Shown here: piece after piece, positions 53,869 through 64,000 of the stretch | How the letters are laid out: the number at the start of each line of letters is the position of its first letter | How positions within the stretch are numbered: the first letter of the stretch is position 1 | From: a virus | Reading direction: 5' to 3' (one strand) | Virus record (IMG/VR): IMGVR_UViG_3300032053_000047 | Location: 1 to 64,000 of that record | DNA: 64,000 nucleotides | The notes under the pieces: generated by a model | The model's database searches: none | What the model was told of the DNA's origin: nothing | The model's input: the letters and a program-made list of their open reading frames with translations, nothing else | Program-made: the position numbers and the translations under genes

Positions 53869-54819
53869 ATGGGAACTGAATTAGTAGCACAAAATGAACG
53901 TGATCTCGCAACTCGCTCAGACGTATGCCATATGCTGAGCGTTGCCGAGGTCAAGGCGCAAATGGATGCACTTGAAGAACTCATGCGTATCTGCCTGAAA
54001 AAGGGCGATCTTGCCAAGGGCAATGAGGGCGATTACTACACGTTGCCCGGTGGCAAAAAGCCCTGTCTAAGTAAGGCGGGCGCACAAAAAGTAGCGACGA
54101 TGTTTCGCTTTGCCGCATCCTACCCGATCATCGAAGATCTGAGCACAGCGAATGAATCGCGGTATCGCGTCCTGTGCCGCCTCACCCGGCCCGATGGTTT
54201 ATTCGTTGGCGAACAATGGGGCGAGGCCAGTTCGGCGGAATCAAAAAATCGGTGGCGTAAGGCGCTCGATGACGAAGAGTTTGACAGTTCACATGAAGAT
54301 GAGAAACGGATCGTAAAACGCAAGAACCAAAACGGCGACGTGTACGAAGTGAAGCAGATCATGGTAAACCGCGCCGATAGTACAACGAACGTGTTGCCAA
54401 AGGCGCAGAAACGTGCCTACGTTCAAGTTGTGCTTGCCGCCTCGGGCGCGTCCTGCCTGTTTACGAGCGGCCTTGAACCGGATGATCCCGATTCTGCTGG
54501 TGATGGTAACGGCAAAGAGCCGCACAAACCGATTCAGAAACCCCAGGCGAAAAAGGAGTCCGCGCCCGCATCCGACAGTAGTGATATCAAAACGATCCAA
54601 GGCGTGGTTACGCGAGTAGCTGAAAAACCAACAGCCAAGGGTGGTACTCGCTTTGGTGTCTGCATTTTGGATGCATGGTACAACACATTTGATGACAAAA
54701 TCGCGGCAGTGTGCGCAAAGGGCGTGATCATCACGCTGGTCTATAAAGTCGGTCAGTACGGCAACGATATTGTATCGGCGGAAATATTCAACGAACAACC
54801 AGGCGAGGCGGCGGAATGA
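53869..54819 (+). CDS. putative ssDNA-annealing/recombination protein
   Basis: DYYTLPGGKKPCLSKAGAQK, KAQKRAYV; adjacent to an exonuclease. Confidence 0.6.
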   Translation: MGTELVAQNERDLATRSDVCHMLSVAEVKAQMDALEELMRICLKKGDLAKGNEGDYYTLPGGKKPCLSKAGAQKVATMFRFAASYPIIEDLSTANESRYRVLCRLTRPDGLFVGEQWGEASSAESKNRWRKALDDEEFDSSHEDEKRIVKRKNQNGDVYEVKQIMVNRADSTTNVLPKAQKRAYVQVVLAASGASCLFTSGLEPDDPDSAGDGNGKEPHKPIQKPQAKKESAPASDSSDIKTIQGVVTRVAEKPTAKGGTRFGVCILDAWYNTFDDKIAAVCAKGVIITLVYKVGQYGNDIVSAEIFNEQPGEAAE

Positions 54820-55397
54820 TCGTCTGTACCTCCGACCACACTTACGTTGATGATGCTACCGGGCGCACCTACCCCGGCGTCACGCAAATTATCTATGAGG
54901 CCGGACTCATGGGGTACATGCCCGGTGATGATTGGTACATGACGCGCGGTACGCTTGTTCATGAATGCACCGCCATGTGGGATTGCGGCATATTGTGGGA
55001 GGAGGCACTCGACCCCGCGCTGACCGGGTTTCTGGCGGCATGGAAACGATACCGGGCCGACACCGGGTTTACGCCCGCGCCGGACTTCATCGAGCGGATC
55101 TGTTTCGATCCGGTGTTGGGGTACGCGGGCACGATTGACCGTGATGGATTGGACATTAAAGCGGGTGTGCCCACCAAGTGGTTTTTGATTCAGGCTGCCG
55201 CCTACTGGCATTCGCCCGAGGTAAATAAGGGGCCGTGGCGAACGGTCTTTCTCCGCGAAGAGGGTACCTATAAGGTCATCGTTTACAACCCGCAAGATTT
55301 GTATAGGGCATTTCAGGTGTTTACCGCCGCACTTACCCTATACGCATGGAAAGCCCAGAACGGGTTATTAACATCAAATCAAGGGGTTATATTGTGA
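54816..55397 (+). CDS. PD-(D/E)XK exonuclease
   Basis: PGVTQII, RGTLVH, YAGTIDR..LDIK, QAAAY. Confidence 0.8.
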   Translation: MIVCTSDHTYVDDATGRTYPGVTQIIYEAGLMGYMPGDDWYMTRGTLVHECTAMWDCGILWEEALDPALTGFLAAWKRYRADTGFTPAPDFIERICFDPVLGYAGTIDRDGLDIKAGVPTKWFLIQAAAYWHSPEVNKGPWRTVFLREEGTYKVIVYNPQDLYRAFQVFTAALTLYAWKAQNGLLTSNQGVIL

Positions 55398-56005
55398 ACA
55401 CCCGAACACCATATTGTCTAAGTAATAGAGCAGCAAAGCATGGAAATACATGGAGTGGTTTTACAAAGACTGCAAGCTGGAGAGAGTTGTCCGTGAGAAG
55501 TCGGTGGTTTGTGCTCGCCGGGTGCGGTGAGAAAAATGATTGCTGGTTATGGCGCGGTTGTATCAACGAGAATGGCTATGGATCGTTAAACTTCCATCAT
55601 TCAAATATTTTAGCTCACCGCATCGCCTATGAATTGTTCATCGGTCCAATTCCGCCAGGGCTAGTAATTGATCACCTTTGCCGTAATAAGGGGTGCGTAA
55701 ATCCACTTCATCTTGAGGCCGTCACTGATAGGGTAAATATTCTGCGCGGCGAAGGACCGGCTGCAATTGAGGCGAGACAAACCCACTGTATCCATGGCCA
55801 TGAACTGAGTGGCGAAAACCTTCGCATTACCATGTTCAAAGGTAGAACTTATCGTGGCTGCATGGCGTGTCAAAGACAACGCAAGCCTAAAGACCGTGAG
55901 AAATACCTGGAGTATCAGCGCCAATATAACATCGATAGGCATGATGCAAAGTTGGCATATATGAAGGAATATAGAAAAAGGAAAATGGAGAACAAAATCC
56001 GATGA
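55394..56005 (+). CDS. HNH homing-type endonuclease
   Basis: CWLWRG, AHRIAYE, IDHLCRNKGCVNPLHL, THCIHGH. Confidence 0.9.
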   Translation: MNTRTPYCLSNRAAKHGNTWSGFTKTASWRELSVRSRWFVLAGCGEKNDCWLWRGCINENGYGSLNFHHSNILAHRIAYELFIGPIPPGLVIDHLCRNKGCVNPLHLEAVTDRVNILRGEGPAAIEARQTHCIHGHELSGENLRITMFKGRTYRGCMACQRQRKPKDREKYLEYQRQYNIDRHDAKLAYMKEYRKRKMENKIR

Positions 56006-56709
56006 GTGCAATTATCGAAGAACCTCCGCAGGTAAAAACCTTACGCGCGATTGTGCCGTTCACAGAAAATACTGAGAGCGCGATAGCCCTTGTAAACATG
56101 GCCCGGTCATTCAAGATTGTCACGGTGGACGATCGTGTATATGCCGAGCGATTGATTCAAGCCCTCGATGCCGCATCAACATGGTGGCATAACGAACACA
56201 TCGACAATAAAAACAAGGCGTATGCAGCGTATCAATCCGCGCTCCGGTTGCACGATGACAAAATCACGGAACTTGATGATGCCCGCAAGAAACATCTGAA
56301 ACAGGAGTGCATCCGGTGGGATGCCGAGCAGGAAGCAATTCGCCGCGCAGAGGAAACGCGATTACAGGCCATTGCGCAGAAACAAGCCGAAGATGAGGCG
56401 CTGGCAATGGCCGCACAAGCCGAAGCCGCGGGCGACCACGAGATCGCCGAGGCTATTGTAGCCGCGCCCGTGGTTGCACCTACCGTGCGAATCATCCCAA
56501 CCGCGCCCACGCCGTCTAGGTTGACCGCTGGACGTTCTGATTGGACCGCCGAGGTAGTTAACCTCATGACGCTAGTCCAGGCCGTGGCGGCTGGTACACA
56601 GCCGATAGAACTGCTCCTGCCGAACCAGGTGGCATTGAACAGAATGGCGAAGGCGCTGCATTCGGGGTTCAAGGTCCCTGGCGTCCGCGCCGTGGAAAGG
56701 AAAGTATGA
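56002..56709 (+). CDS. coiled-coil phage protein of the recombination module
   Basis: long coiled coil; C-terminal VPGVR. Confidence 0.65.
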   Translation: MSAIIEEPPQVKTLRAIVPFTENTESAIALVNMARSFKIVTVDDRVYAERLIQALDAASTWWHNEHIDNKNKAYAAYQSALRLHDDKITELDDARKKHLKQECIRWDAEQEAIRRAEETRLQAIAQKQAEDEALAMAAQAEAAGDHEIAEAIVAAPVVAPTVRIIPTAPTPSRLTAGRSDWTAEVVNLMTLVQAVAAGTQPIELLLPNQVALNRMAKALHSGFKVPGVRAVERKV

Positions 56710-56761
56710 CAGACACACAGGTAGTTACCGTACCGCACTTCAAGGCCGAAGAGGAGAAAGT

Positions 56762-57061
56762 ATGATTGAACTCAACCATGTGCCGCCGCTGACGGATGAC
56801 GGCATAACCGCAATAATGCAAAAGTGGAGTACCGGACATGACGCATTAACGATACTACGCCGGTATCTGCCCGATGGCCTAACCCATAGGCAAACACTAG
56901 AATATCTCGATACTATTTGCCAGCAAGCCGCGAAGTGGCGGGAATTTGTGAGCCTCATAACACTCACCGATGCCATTCACAGAACAGAGAAAGCCGTATC
57001 CGATCTTGAACAGCGCGTGGAATTCCTTGAACAGATCATACGAGACGGGAGAGTGGAATGA
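56762..57061 (+). CDS. hypothetical protein
   Basis: GAGGAG SD; N-terminus resembles the next gene. Confidence 0.6.
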   Translation: MIELNHVPPLTDDGITAIMQKWSTGHDALTILRRYLPDGLTHRQTLEYLDTICQQAAKWREFVSLITLTDAIHRTEKAVSDLEQRVEFLEQIIRDGRVE

Positions 57062-57705
57062 TTGAACTGAGACAGGGCGTGGAACCGTTGACGGTAAATA
57101 GTCCCGAGATAAGAAACTGTGCTTTAAACACAAGTGAGCCAGCCTTTCATCAAATGTGGTCCGACTGGATGGATGTCGTTGCGCGCTATTTACCGGCCTT
57201 TGAGTCTGAATCTATAGTCTACCGCGAATCCCTTCTTTTGCTCGACGGTATCTGCGAGCAGGCCGCACAGGCGCAGGCCATCGAAGCGGAACTCGTGCGA
57301 CTTAAGGCCATAAACGACTTCGGGCGCGTGGTCAGGCCAGCTTTATCAGAAGACGAAATCGACGCCGTGATTGACGATTTTGCCGAGAATGGCGCTAAAC
57401 CACGGGCCGACGTGCGCGATGCGGAGACGTGGAAGCGGGAATTGTGCGACGAGGTTCTGCTAGATCATAACATGTACATTACTATTGAACTTGCCACGTT
57501 CAACAAACTTGTCGATGCCGCTGCGAACCGGGGCGGTAAGACGTTGCGGGATGAACTCGCAATGGAAGTCATGAAGAAAATGCTGGAGTTTGTTTTAACA
57601 CATGAAAATCGCCCCGATGTGCCGGTTGAACGGATCGCAAAACAAGCCTACGGTCTTGCTGACGCCATGCAGGTCGCATCGAAACAGAAAGAGAGTAATA
57701 AATGA
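57058..57705 (+). CDS. hypothetical protein
   Basis: C-terminal TLRDELAM...AYGLADAM motif. Confidence 0.65.
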   Translation: MIELRQGVEPLTVNSPEIRNCALNTSEPAFHQMWSDWMDVVARYLPAFESESIVYRESLLLLDGICEQAAQAQAIEAELVRLKAINDFGRVVRPALSEDEIDAVIDDFAENGAKPRADVRDAETWKRELCDEVLLDHNMYITIELATFNKLVDAAANRGGKTLRDELAMEVMKKMLEFVLTHENRPDVPVERIAKQAYGLADAMQVASKQKESNK

Positions 57706-57986
57706 AACTCGATGTCTATGGAAAACCCGGTGATTTTGCAGCAAGCGGCGAATATGAAAACGCTATTATCGATGGCGTTCTTTCTCCATGTCCGTTTTGT
57801 GGGAGCGTCGTTTTAGAAGTAGGCAATACACATACGCCGCACTATACGGTGATATGCGCTGATTGTGGTGCAGAAAAACCGTGTGCAATAGGTAGTGGAA
57901 AGCATTTTAAATCGAAGGACGCCTGTGTTCGGGCACACCGCCAAAGTTTTAGGTCAGCAATCACGGAATGGAATACGCGGGCATGA
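57702..57986 (+). CDS. Lar-family restriction alleviation-like zinc finger
   Basis: LSPCPFCG...CADCGA...AITEWNTRA. Confidence 0.75.
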   Translation: MKLDVYGKPGDFAASGEYENAIIDGVLSPCPFCGSVVLEVGNTHTPHYTVICADCGAEKPCAIGSGKHFKSKDACVRAHRQSFRSAITEWNTRA

Positions 57987-58348
57987 GCAAACATAGCAAT
58001 CTCAAATGCCCCGACTGCGGAGCCCTCATGATTCTGCGGAAAAGTCAGCATGGCCCATTTTTCGGCTGTACTAGTTGGCCTAATTGCGCGGCCACGCACG
58101 GCGCACACCCGGACGGTACCCCGCTTGGCATTCCCGGCACACGTGAGGTTAAAGATGCGCGGATCGCCGCGCACGCCGCATTTGATGCGTTCTGGCGCGG
58201 GGCCGGTATGACGCGAAAACGAGGGTATGCGTGGTTACAAGATCTACTCGGCTTGATACCGGAAGCATGTCATTTTGGGCGGTTTGACGTGGCGACGTGC
58301 GAGCGGGTAATTGAGATCATTGTAAATGCGCGGGGGAAACTGGTATGA
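57983..58348 (+). CDS. zinc-finger protein (topoisomerase-type C4 plus DUF3268-like)
   Basis: CPDCGALMILR..FFGCTSWPNC, AHAAFD..W, CHFGRF. Confidence 0.75.
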   Translation: MSKHSNLKCPDCGALMILRKSQHGPFFGCTSWPNCAATHGAHPDGTPLGIPGTREVKDARIAAHAAFDAFWRGAGMTRKRGYAWLQDLLGLIPEACHFGRFDVATCERVIEIIVNARGKLV

Positions 58349-58632
58349 ACGCGCCCGCCCGCACACGCGCTGATTTCATCCGCATAACGCGGTCCTACCG
58401 GCTGTTGCGCGAGTTCATGCGCGACGGCCAGCCACACACGTTGCGCGAAATGGCGGTGGCTGCGGAATGTTCGGAATCTGCCGTATCGGCCCGGTGGCGC
58501 GAGTTGAAATACCCGTGTTCATTGGACAGGTTCGCCGGGTATGAACAGTACAAAGTTAAAATACGCGATACTGGCGTTTGGGTATATTGGATAAGACTGC
58601 GGGGTGTAGAGCAGATAATGTTAGCAGTGTGA
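58345..58632 (+). CDS. HTH protein
   Basis: [13 protein letters not shown]...AVSARWREL. Confidence 0.65.
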   Translation: MNAPARTRADFIRITRSYRLLREFMRDGQPHTLREMAVAAECSESAVSARWRELKYPCSLDRFAGYEQYKVKIRDTGVWVYWIRLRGVEQIMLAV

Positions 58633-58696
58633 CAACAATGCCCGGCGCACGGATGCGCGGGCTTGGGGGCAGGGACGCCGAATGCGGGGAGTTGAT

Positions 58697-59377
58697 ATGC
58701 AGATTAAAAGCCGATGGAATGGCGAAGTACTGTATGAATGTGAGGCCGATAGTCTAATCGAGGTTGTCATTAAGGCCGTAGAAGCGGAGGCCAACCTCGC
58801 GGGGGCCAACCTCGCGAGGGCCGACCTCACGAGGGCCGACCTCACGAGGGCCGACCTCGCGGGGGCCAACCTCACGAGGGCCGACCTCACGAGGGCCAAC
58901 CTCACGGAGGCCGACCTCGCGGGGGCCAACCTCGCGGAGGCCAACCTCACGAGGGCCGACCTCGCGAGGGCCAACCTCGCGGGGGCCGACCTCACGAGGG
59001 CCTACCTCGCGAGGGCCGACCTCACGAGGGCCAACCTCGCGGGGGCCGACCTCACGGGGGCCGAGTTACCACATTTCCAAATCTGTCCTGAAGTCGGTAG
59101 TTTTATCGGCTTCAAAAAGCTAGACAACGGCATAATTGCCACACTATTGATCCCAGACGGTGCGCGGCGTATGACGCCGCTCGGTTATCGGAAATGCCGG
59201 GCTGAACGTGTGCGTGTATTAAGCGGCAATGGCAAAAGTCCAACCGCCAATACCAAACTGGAATACCGCGAGGGCGACATGGTTGAGGCGGACTCGTTTG
59301 ATGATGATATCCGGGTCGAATACAGCCACGGGATCGCGTTTTTTGTGACGCGGAAGGAAGCTGAGGAGTGGATATGA
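58697..59377 (+). CDS. pentapeptide-repeat protein (DUF5758-like C-terminus)
   Basis: A(D/N)LxR repeats (15-nt DNA repeats ~58790-59063); [18 protein letters not shown]. Confidence 0.85.
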   Translation: MQIKSRWNGEVLYECEADSLIEVVIKAVEAEANLAGANLARADLTRADLTRADLAGANLTRADLTRANLTEADLAGANLAEANLTRADLARANLAGADLTRAYLARADLTRANLAGADLTGAELPHFQICPEVGSFIGFKKLDNGIIATLLIPDGARRMTPLGYRKCRAERVRVLSGNGKSPTANTKLEYREGDMVEADSFDDDIRVEYSHGIAFFVTRKEAEEWI

Positions 59378-59718
59378 AAGTCATCTATATCGGCGGCCCG
59401 TTCCGCGCACCTAACGCATGGGAACGCGAGAACAATATCCGTGAGGCGGAAACGCTGGGGTTTGAAGTTGCAAAACTCGGGGCAATGCCCGATATCCCAC
59501 ACGCAGGCACACGATTTTTCGACGGCACATTGACGCCGGAATTCTGGTTAGCGGGTACGCTTGAAAAGATGCGACGTTGTGACGCCATACTACTCACGCC
59601 GCACTGGCGTGAATCCGAGGGCGCGTGTATGGAAGTAGACGAGGCGGAACGGTTAGAAATGCCAATATTCGATAACCTGGACGATCTACAAGAATGGCTA
59701 AAAAGTGAAGGGGTTTGA
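59374..59718 (+). CDS. nucleoside deoxyribosyltransferase-like protein (DUF4406/DUF1937)
   Basis: [23 protein letters not shown]. Confidence 0.8.
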   Translation: MKVIYIGGPFRAPNAWERENNIREAETLGFEVAKLGAMPDIPHAGTRFFDGTLTPEFWLAGTLEKMRRCDAILLTPHWRESEGACMEVDEAERLEMPIFDNLDDLQEWLKSEGV

Positions 59719-59776
59719 TATTGAATAGTAAGTGTAAATTGCACCGGCCAGGGGCGTTCTGGTTGAGGTCCGCTTG

Positions 59777-60508
59777 ATGAATAAATCCCCCGGCTTCCAC
59801 TTTTACCCTGATAAGTATATTTCACATACGAAGCACTTATGTCATCTGGCCGGCAGAATTTACATGGATATCCTGTGTTGGATGTGGGATCACAGTCCGT
59901 CTCATTGTCAGATTTCTACCGACCCAGGCACTATCGCGTTGCTAACCGGACATCCGCTCGAAGATGTTAAAGCAGCTATTTTTGAAATACAAAACCCCGC
60001 CATGAAACTGCTAAAAGAAAAAGGGAAATTATACATTAGTAACGGACTTAAAAAGGAAGCAGACAAACAGGCGACATTTGCCCAAAAACAAAGTAACTCT
60101 GCTAAAGCGTTGTGGGCACAAAGGAAAGCATTGAAGTCTAGTACAACTAAAGTAAGCCAACCTTATGCCCGCGCGAAGAAAGAGAAAGAGAAAGAGAAAC
60201 GGAAAGATCCTAATGATCTTCCAGAGGGATTTAAAGACTTCTGGGTAGCCTATCCTAAGAAGAAGGCCAAAGATGATGCGATCCGGGCGTGGGTAAAACT
60301 TAACCCAACCTCGGAAATCGAAGTAGCCATCCTTGCGGCATTGAAGTGGCAATGCCAATTGCCCGACTGGAAAAAAGAAAACGGACAATACGTTCCTTTT
60401 CCGGCGAGCTACCTGAACGGGCGGCGGTGGACCGACGAACAGGAAGTCAAACGGGTTATCAAAATGACCGATGTTGAAATTTTACGAATCCAACAAGGCG
60501 GGTGTTAA
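59777..60508 (+). CDS. replication initiator-like protein
   Basis: SPGFHFYPDKY N-terminus; FWVAYPKKKAK...PASYLNGRRWTDE C-terminus. Confidence 0.75.
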   Translation: MNKSPGFHFYPDKYISHTKHLCHLAGRIYMDILCWMWDHSPSHCQISTDPGTIALLTGHPLEDVKAAIFEIQNPAMKLLKEKGKLYISNGLKKEADKQATFAQKQSNSAKALWAQRKALKSSTTKVSQPYARAKKEKEKEKRKDPNDLPEGFKDFWVAYPKKKAKDDAIRAWVKLNPTSEIEVAILAALKWQCQLPDWKKENGQYVPFPASYLNGRRWTDEQEVKRVIKMTDVEILRIQQGGC

Positions 60509-60569
60509 TGGACATCTCGTGTGAGTGGACCCAATAGACCCGCGGCGTGTGGGGATACGGAGGATGGGA

Positions 60570-61043
60570 ATGAAAAAAGAATACGTAGTTGGGTTTTTCT
60601 TAGAGGGTACAGGGGCGGAATTTCCCGAGGATGTGTATGTGGTTCTTATCCGCAAGAGCAAACCGCTATGGCAAGTGGAGCGGCTAAACGGTATCGGTGG
60701 CAAAATAGAACCGGGCGAGTTGCCCATAAATGCAATGGCGCGTGAATGGTATGAGGAAACCGGAACCATGTGGACCTCATGGGGCGCACTTTTTACGCTA
60801 CAACACCCCGATCCCGCCGGCAAAAATGAATATACCCTCTACGGTTTTTTCACAACGTCAAATGACACGCGGGCCAGTGAATTACTTCATGGCAGGCTCG
60901 TATCAGGTGAAGGGGTAATTGAAATTTGTAATGCCCGCCATCTACCTGATGCCATTATTGGCAATCTGCGGTGGATGATCGGACTTGCACTTGATGCCGA
61001 TATTTCAAAACCCGTTCTCCTGAATGACAACGGGGGCAACTAA
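60570..61043 (+). CDS. NUDIX hydrolase
   Basis: GGKIEPGELPINAMAREWYEETG. Confidence 0.9.
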   Translation: MKKEYVVGFFLEGTGAEFPEDVYVVLIRKSKPLWQVERLNGIGGKIEPGELPINAMAREWYEETGTMWTSWGALFTLQHPDPAGKNEYTLYGFFTTSNDTRASELLHGRLVSGEGVIEICNARHLPDAIIGNLRWMIGLALDADISKPVLLNDNGGN

Positions 61044-61095
61044 TGAACCGCAACTTTCAGACCCGCGGCGAGTTCGCGTGGGGCGGGTGGGAACA

Positions 61096-61533
61096 ATGAA
61101 CGGTTTCCCCGCACACTGGCCCGCGGAACTCGTGGAACGGTTACGATTTCAGCGGCAAATGCGGCATACGGACTTGCCGCCCGTTCCGCCAAAGCATTGT
61201 CGTTGGTGCGGAAAACCCGTTGCTGGACGGCGGCAATGTTAGTGTAGCGATAAATGTGTGCATGAATACGAGTTGAGGGCAAATAGGGGGGCTGTTCTTA
61301 ATGCCGTTATCCAACGTGACGGTTATATATGCGCGATCTGTGGCAGGCGACCTTGGAACCCGCAGGTTGATCATGTGGTTCCCATTGCCGAAGGTGGCGG
61401 TTGTTGTGGGCTGGAAAATCTGCGCTTATTGTGCTGGGAATGTCACAACCGTGTAACCGCCGAACTTGCAGCGCGGTTAGCGGCGAAACGGAGAGTAGAC
61501 GCGGGACAACCCGTACAGGAGGTGCTTGTATGA
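61096..61533 (+). pseudogene. HNH endonuclease with in-frame TAG at 61240
   Basis: CRWCGK..RRQC*CSDKCVHE...RDGYICAICG..DHVVP..GG..NLRLLCWECH in one frame. Confidence 0.7.
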
Positions 61534-61548
61534 AAACGGAGAACCATA

Positions 61549-62232
61549 ATGGATATTTTTAGAATCAAGAGTATTAGTGACTTTGAGCAATTCAAAACTG
61601 AAATCGGCTACCACGTGAAAGGACATCTGAAAATCGAATGTCCTATCTCACTCTGTGGATCGTTAATCGTTGATGGGTCCATCCATGCGGGCGAGTCCAT
61701 CAAGGCGGGCGGGTTCATCGAGGCGGGCAGGTCCATCCATGCGGGCGAGTTCATCAAGGCGGGCAGGTTCATCAAGGCGGGCGGGTTCATCGAGGCGGGC
61801 AGGTCCATCCATGCGGGCGAGTCCATCAAGGCGGGCGGGTTCATCGAGGCGGGCAGGTTCATCAAGGCGGGCGGGTTCATCGAGGCGGGCGGGTTCATCG
61901 AGGCGGGCGGGTCGATCCAGGCGCATGAGTCCATCCATGCGGGCGAGTACATCCATGCGGGCGGGTTTGTGTTTTCCTTCACCTTCTCTTTGTCCTGTAA
62001 GTGGCTTGAAACGCGCCTACTGCCGTTTTGGCGCGAATTCTATGCAACTATGCCACCGTTGCAAAAGTGGCGAGACAAGATTCTCAGCAAATCTTCTTGT
62101 TGGGGTGATCTACAAACATTAGTCACGCCTGATGAGGCTATGACTATCTGTGCATGGGATGGCTGGCATCCAATCATTAAGGCGCAACTGGAAATGTTTT
62201 TCGGTCTCAAAAAGCGCGTTGACTTTACCTAA
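61549..62232 (+). CDS. beta-helix hexapeptide-repeat protein
   Basis: (S/F)I(H/K/E)AG(G/E/R) repeats; 18-nt DNA repeats ~61675-61965. Confidence 0.75.
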   Translation: MDIFRIKSISDFEQFKTEIGYHVKGHLKIECPISLCGSLIVDGSIHAGESIKAGGFIEAGRSIHAGEFIKAGRFIKAGGFIEAGRSIHAGESIKAGGFIEAGRFIKAGGFIEAGGFIEAGGSIQAHESIHAGEYIHAGGFVFSFTFSLSCKWLETRLLPFWREFYATMPPLQKWRDKILSKSSCWGDLQTLVTPDEAMTICAWDGWHPIIKAQLEMFFGLKKRVDFT

Positions 62233-62485
62233 ATCGGCACAAAAGGAAACACAATGATAGCCCCTACACGCCCCGCGCCGTGCCCTAAGCCCCGTTACCC
62301 CTACGGCGGGGGTGATCGTGCCGTACGTGGCAGCGTAGGCGGCTCCAGCACGGCCCTGATGGACGAGTGGATACGCAATGTCGGGACCACGGCGGACATC
62401 CCGGTGATGATCCCGATCTTGTGGACCCTCATGAAGGATGACGGTTTATGAACGACGCGATTGACGGAACAAAAGGAGATTCGTA

Positions 62486-63061
62486 ATGAGACAAAAAGCG
62501 AAGGCGATACTTAATGCGGTGTATGAAGCATCGAACTACATGGCTTGTAGTGAGGCGGCAGATCATGCCAATCAAGCGGCGGCGACTCTAGCTGTTGGCG
62601 CTGGCATGGAGTGGATGCTTGCTGATTTTGGCGAGGTACAAGGATATTGGCGTAAGCATTGTTACCCGTTCGACCGCGAATACTGTTATGCCCTGGCAAT
62701 AGCCGTTGGAAATACGAGTTATATCAAAGCATTTGAAAAAAGTGAGGGTCGTAAGCCGTTCTTTGCGAATAAGGTGGAACCTGCTAATAGTCGCGGCTAT
62801 CTGCACATGGTCGGTATACGGATGCGCGAACGTCTCGGGATTGGATCGCAGGTTTGTCTGAATCTCCCTGGCTGTTACGCATGGGCAGAAGTCACAAGTA
62901 TCGATAATGAGCGCGTAGTGTTGACCGCGAAGAAAATGGACGGCGAGGATGGGGTGCGCAGGATTTTAAAACTCGATCATGACGCCTGCGCGAAAATGTT
63001 CCCCGCGCCGAAACGGGCGAAGGTGAAAGCGGCCGAAGAGACAGAGGTGCAGAGCGCATGA
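62486..63061 (+). CDS. hypothetical protein
   Basis: AAGGAG SD. Confidence 0.65.
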   Translation: MRQKAKAILNAVYEASNYMACSEAADHANQAAATLAVGAGMEWMLADFGEVQGYWRKHCYPFDREYCYALAIAVGNTSYIKAFEKSEGRKPFFANKVEPANSRGYLHMVGIRMRERLGIGSQVCLNLPGCYAWAEVTSIDNERVVLTAKKMDGEDGVRRILKLDHDACAKMFPAPKRAKVKAAEETEVQSA

Positions 63062-63113
63062 CGCCCGCCCGTATCGAGGCCGCGATCCGGGGCGGCGTAC
63101 AAGGAGAGTTGGT

Positions 63114-63422
63114 ATGAGACTTATAGAAATTGGAGCATCACAGTCCGTAGGGATTTTCGGATTGCATTTGCAACTTGTAGACACAGCGCGAGTACAAACG
63201 TTTTATCTGATGCGTAAACAGGCCCAGGAACTCATACCCCTCTTGCAGCACTTCGCAGACACGGGCGAGTTACCCATAGATGACCCTACCGCGCCACTGA
63301 TCTGGAAAGTGATTGAGGAGTTTGGGGAATCAATACCGGAGATCGAATGGGACAAGAGGAAACAGAAACAGACTATTTCTGATGCCACGAAACAGGCCGG
63401 GGGCGATGATAATGCCCACTGA
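63114..63422 (+). CDS. hypothetical protein
   Basis: AAGGAG SD. Confidence 0.55.
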   Translation: MRLIEIGASQSVGIFGLHLQLVDTARVQTFYLMRKQAQELIPLLQHFADTGELPIDDPTAPLIWKVIEEFGESIPEIEWDKRKQKQTISDATKQAGGDDNAH

Positions 63423-63738
63423 ACATGCGGAATGGATGGAAGCCGAAGTGCGTGTGCTGAAACGCAAAGAGCGTGAAAGTAAAAAGGCATTGCTTGTTTT
63501 GGTTGATGCCACTGGCGCGTTCCTAGAACAGTTCGCGGCCACCATGAAACAACCGGAATCAAAGAAACGCAATAAAGCCATTATAGAACTCTTCAGCGAA
63601 CTGAATATGGCACGAGATCGCGCACGTTATTTTGCACTAAATATCGACTACAGAACCGATAGCCTGAACACCAAATACAAACCGCTCGGGTGCTATGACT
63701 GCGAACTGAGGGCCGAAAAGGAGAGCGACAATGGCTAA
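63412..63738 (+). CDS. hypothetical protein
   Basis: coupled ORF. Confidence 0.55.
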   Translation: MPTEHAEWMEAEVRVLKRKERESKKALLVLVDATGAFLEQFAATMKQPESKKRNKAIIELFSELNMARDRARYFALNIDYRTDSLNTKYKPLGCYDCELRAEKESDNG

Positions 63739-64000
63739 CGTGACGCCGTTGAGCGATGCGGAAATGCGGATGTTAGAGGCCGTTCAGGATTACATGTATA
63801 TTGAACTACACTGTTGGAATTGTGAGGTATGTAAACAGAAGGGCGATCCCAATCCCGAAAATGAACCGTGCAAAACATGTATATCTGCGCGTATGCCGTT
63901 CAGCCGCCTTGTTGCCGCTCTGCGCGACCGCGACAGGAAGCTGGCCATACTCCGGGCGCACCGGCTTGATCCCGATTACCTATGGGCGCAGACACGCGGA
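63731..64000 (+). CDS. hypothetical protein (runs off window)
   Basis: AAGGAG SD; open to the window end. Confidence 0.5.
   Translation, partial: MANVTPLSDAEMRMLEAVQDYMYIELHCWNCEVCKQKGDPNPENEPCKTCISARMPFSRLVAALRDRDRKLAILRAHRLDPDYLWAQTRG

Noticed and set aside
58790-59063. 15-nt tandem repeats as a second guide array or DGR
   Set aside because: They encode in-frame pentapeptide repeats; no reverse transcriptase in the window
61675-61965. 18-nt tandem repeats with open frames on both strands
   Set aside because: Explained by the hexapeptide beta-helix CDS; alternative ORFs are repeat artefacts
1-64000. Genome-wide TAG reassignment (genetic code 15)
   Set aside because: Many genes end in TAG where readthrough would run into the tape measure gene, the array or a tRNA; coding density is already high under code 11

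Overview
Most of a temperate siphovirus-type phage genome in excised (attP) form. Gene order: late-early/DNA-modification genes (1-5.7 kb); terminase, ParB-Dam, portal, scaffold and capsid (5.8-14.4 kb); a glycosyltransferase/methyltransferase/radical SAM cluster inside the head module (14.4-20.3 kb); an intein-containing MuF-like head protein; a lambda-like tail (23.8-38.1 kb); lysis/accessory genes; an array of small early genes; attP (3' end of a tRNA-Ser) plus tyrosine integrase; a lysogeny switch; a tRNA/ncRNA cluster; and recombination/replication genes. Two standouts: (1) a stand-alone Cas7/RAMP-like gene (48424-49095) flanked on both sides by non-coding GGY-NN pentamer arrays, a candidate RNA-guided system that is not CRISPR; (2) an intein in the MuF gene whose endonuclease is encoded on the antisense strand. 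Also notable: a six-copy compact late-promoter motif, GNRA hairpin-RBS cassettes, tRNA-like RNAs, and in-frame amber codons. All calls come from reading motifs by eye; no database searches were run.
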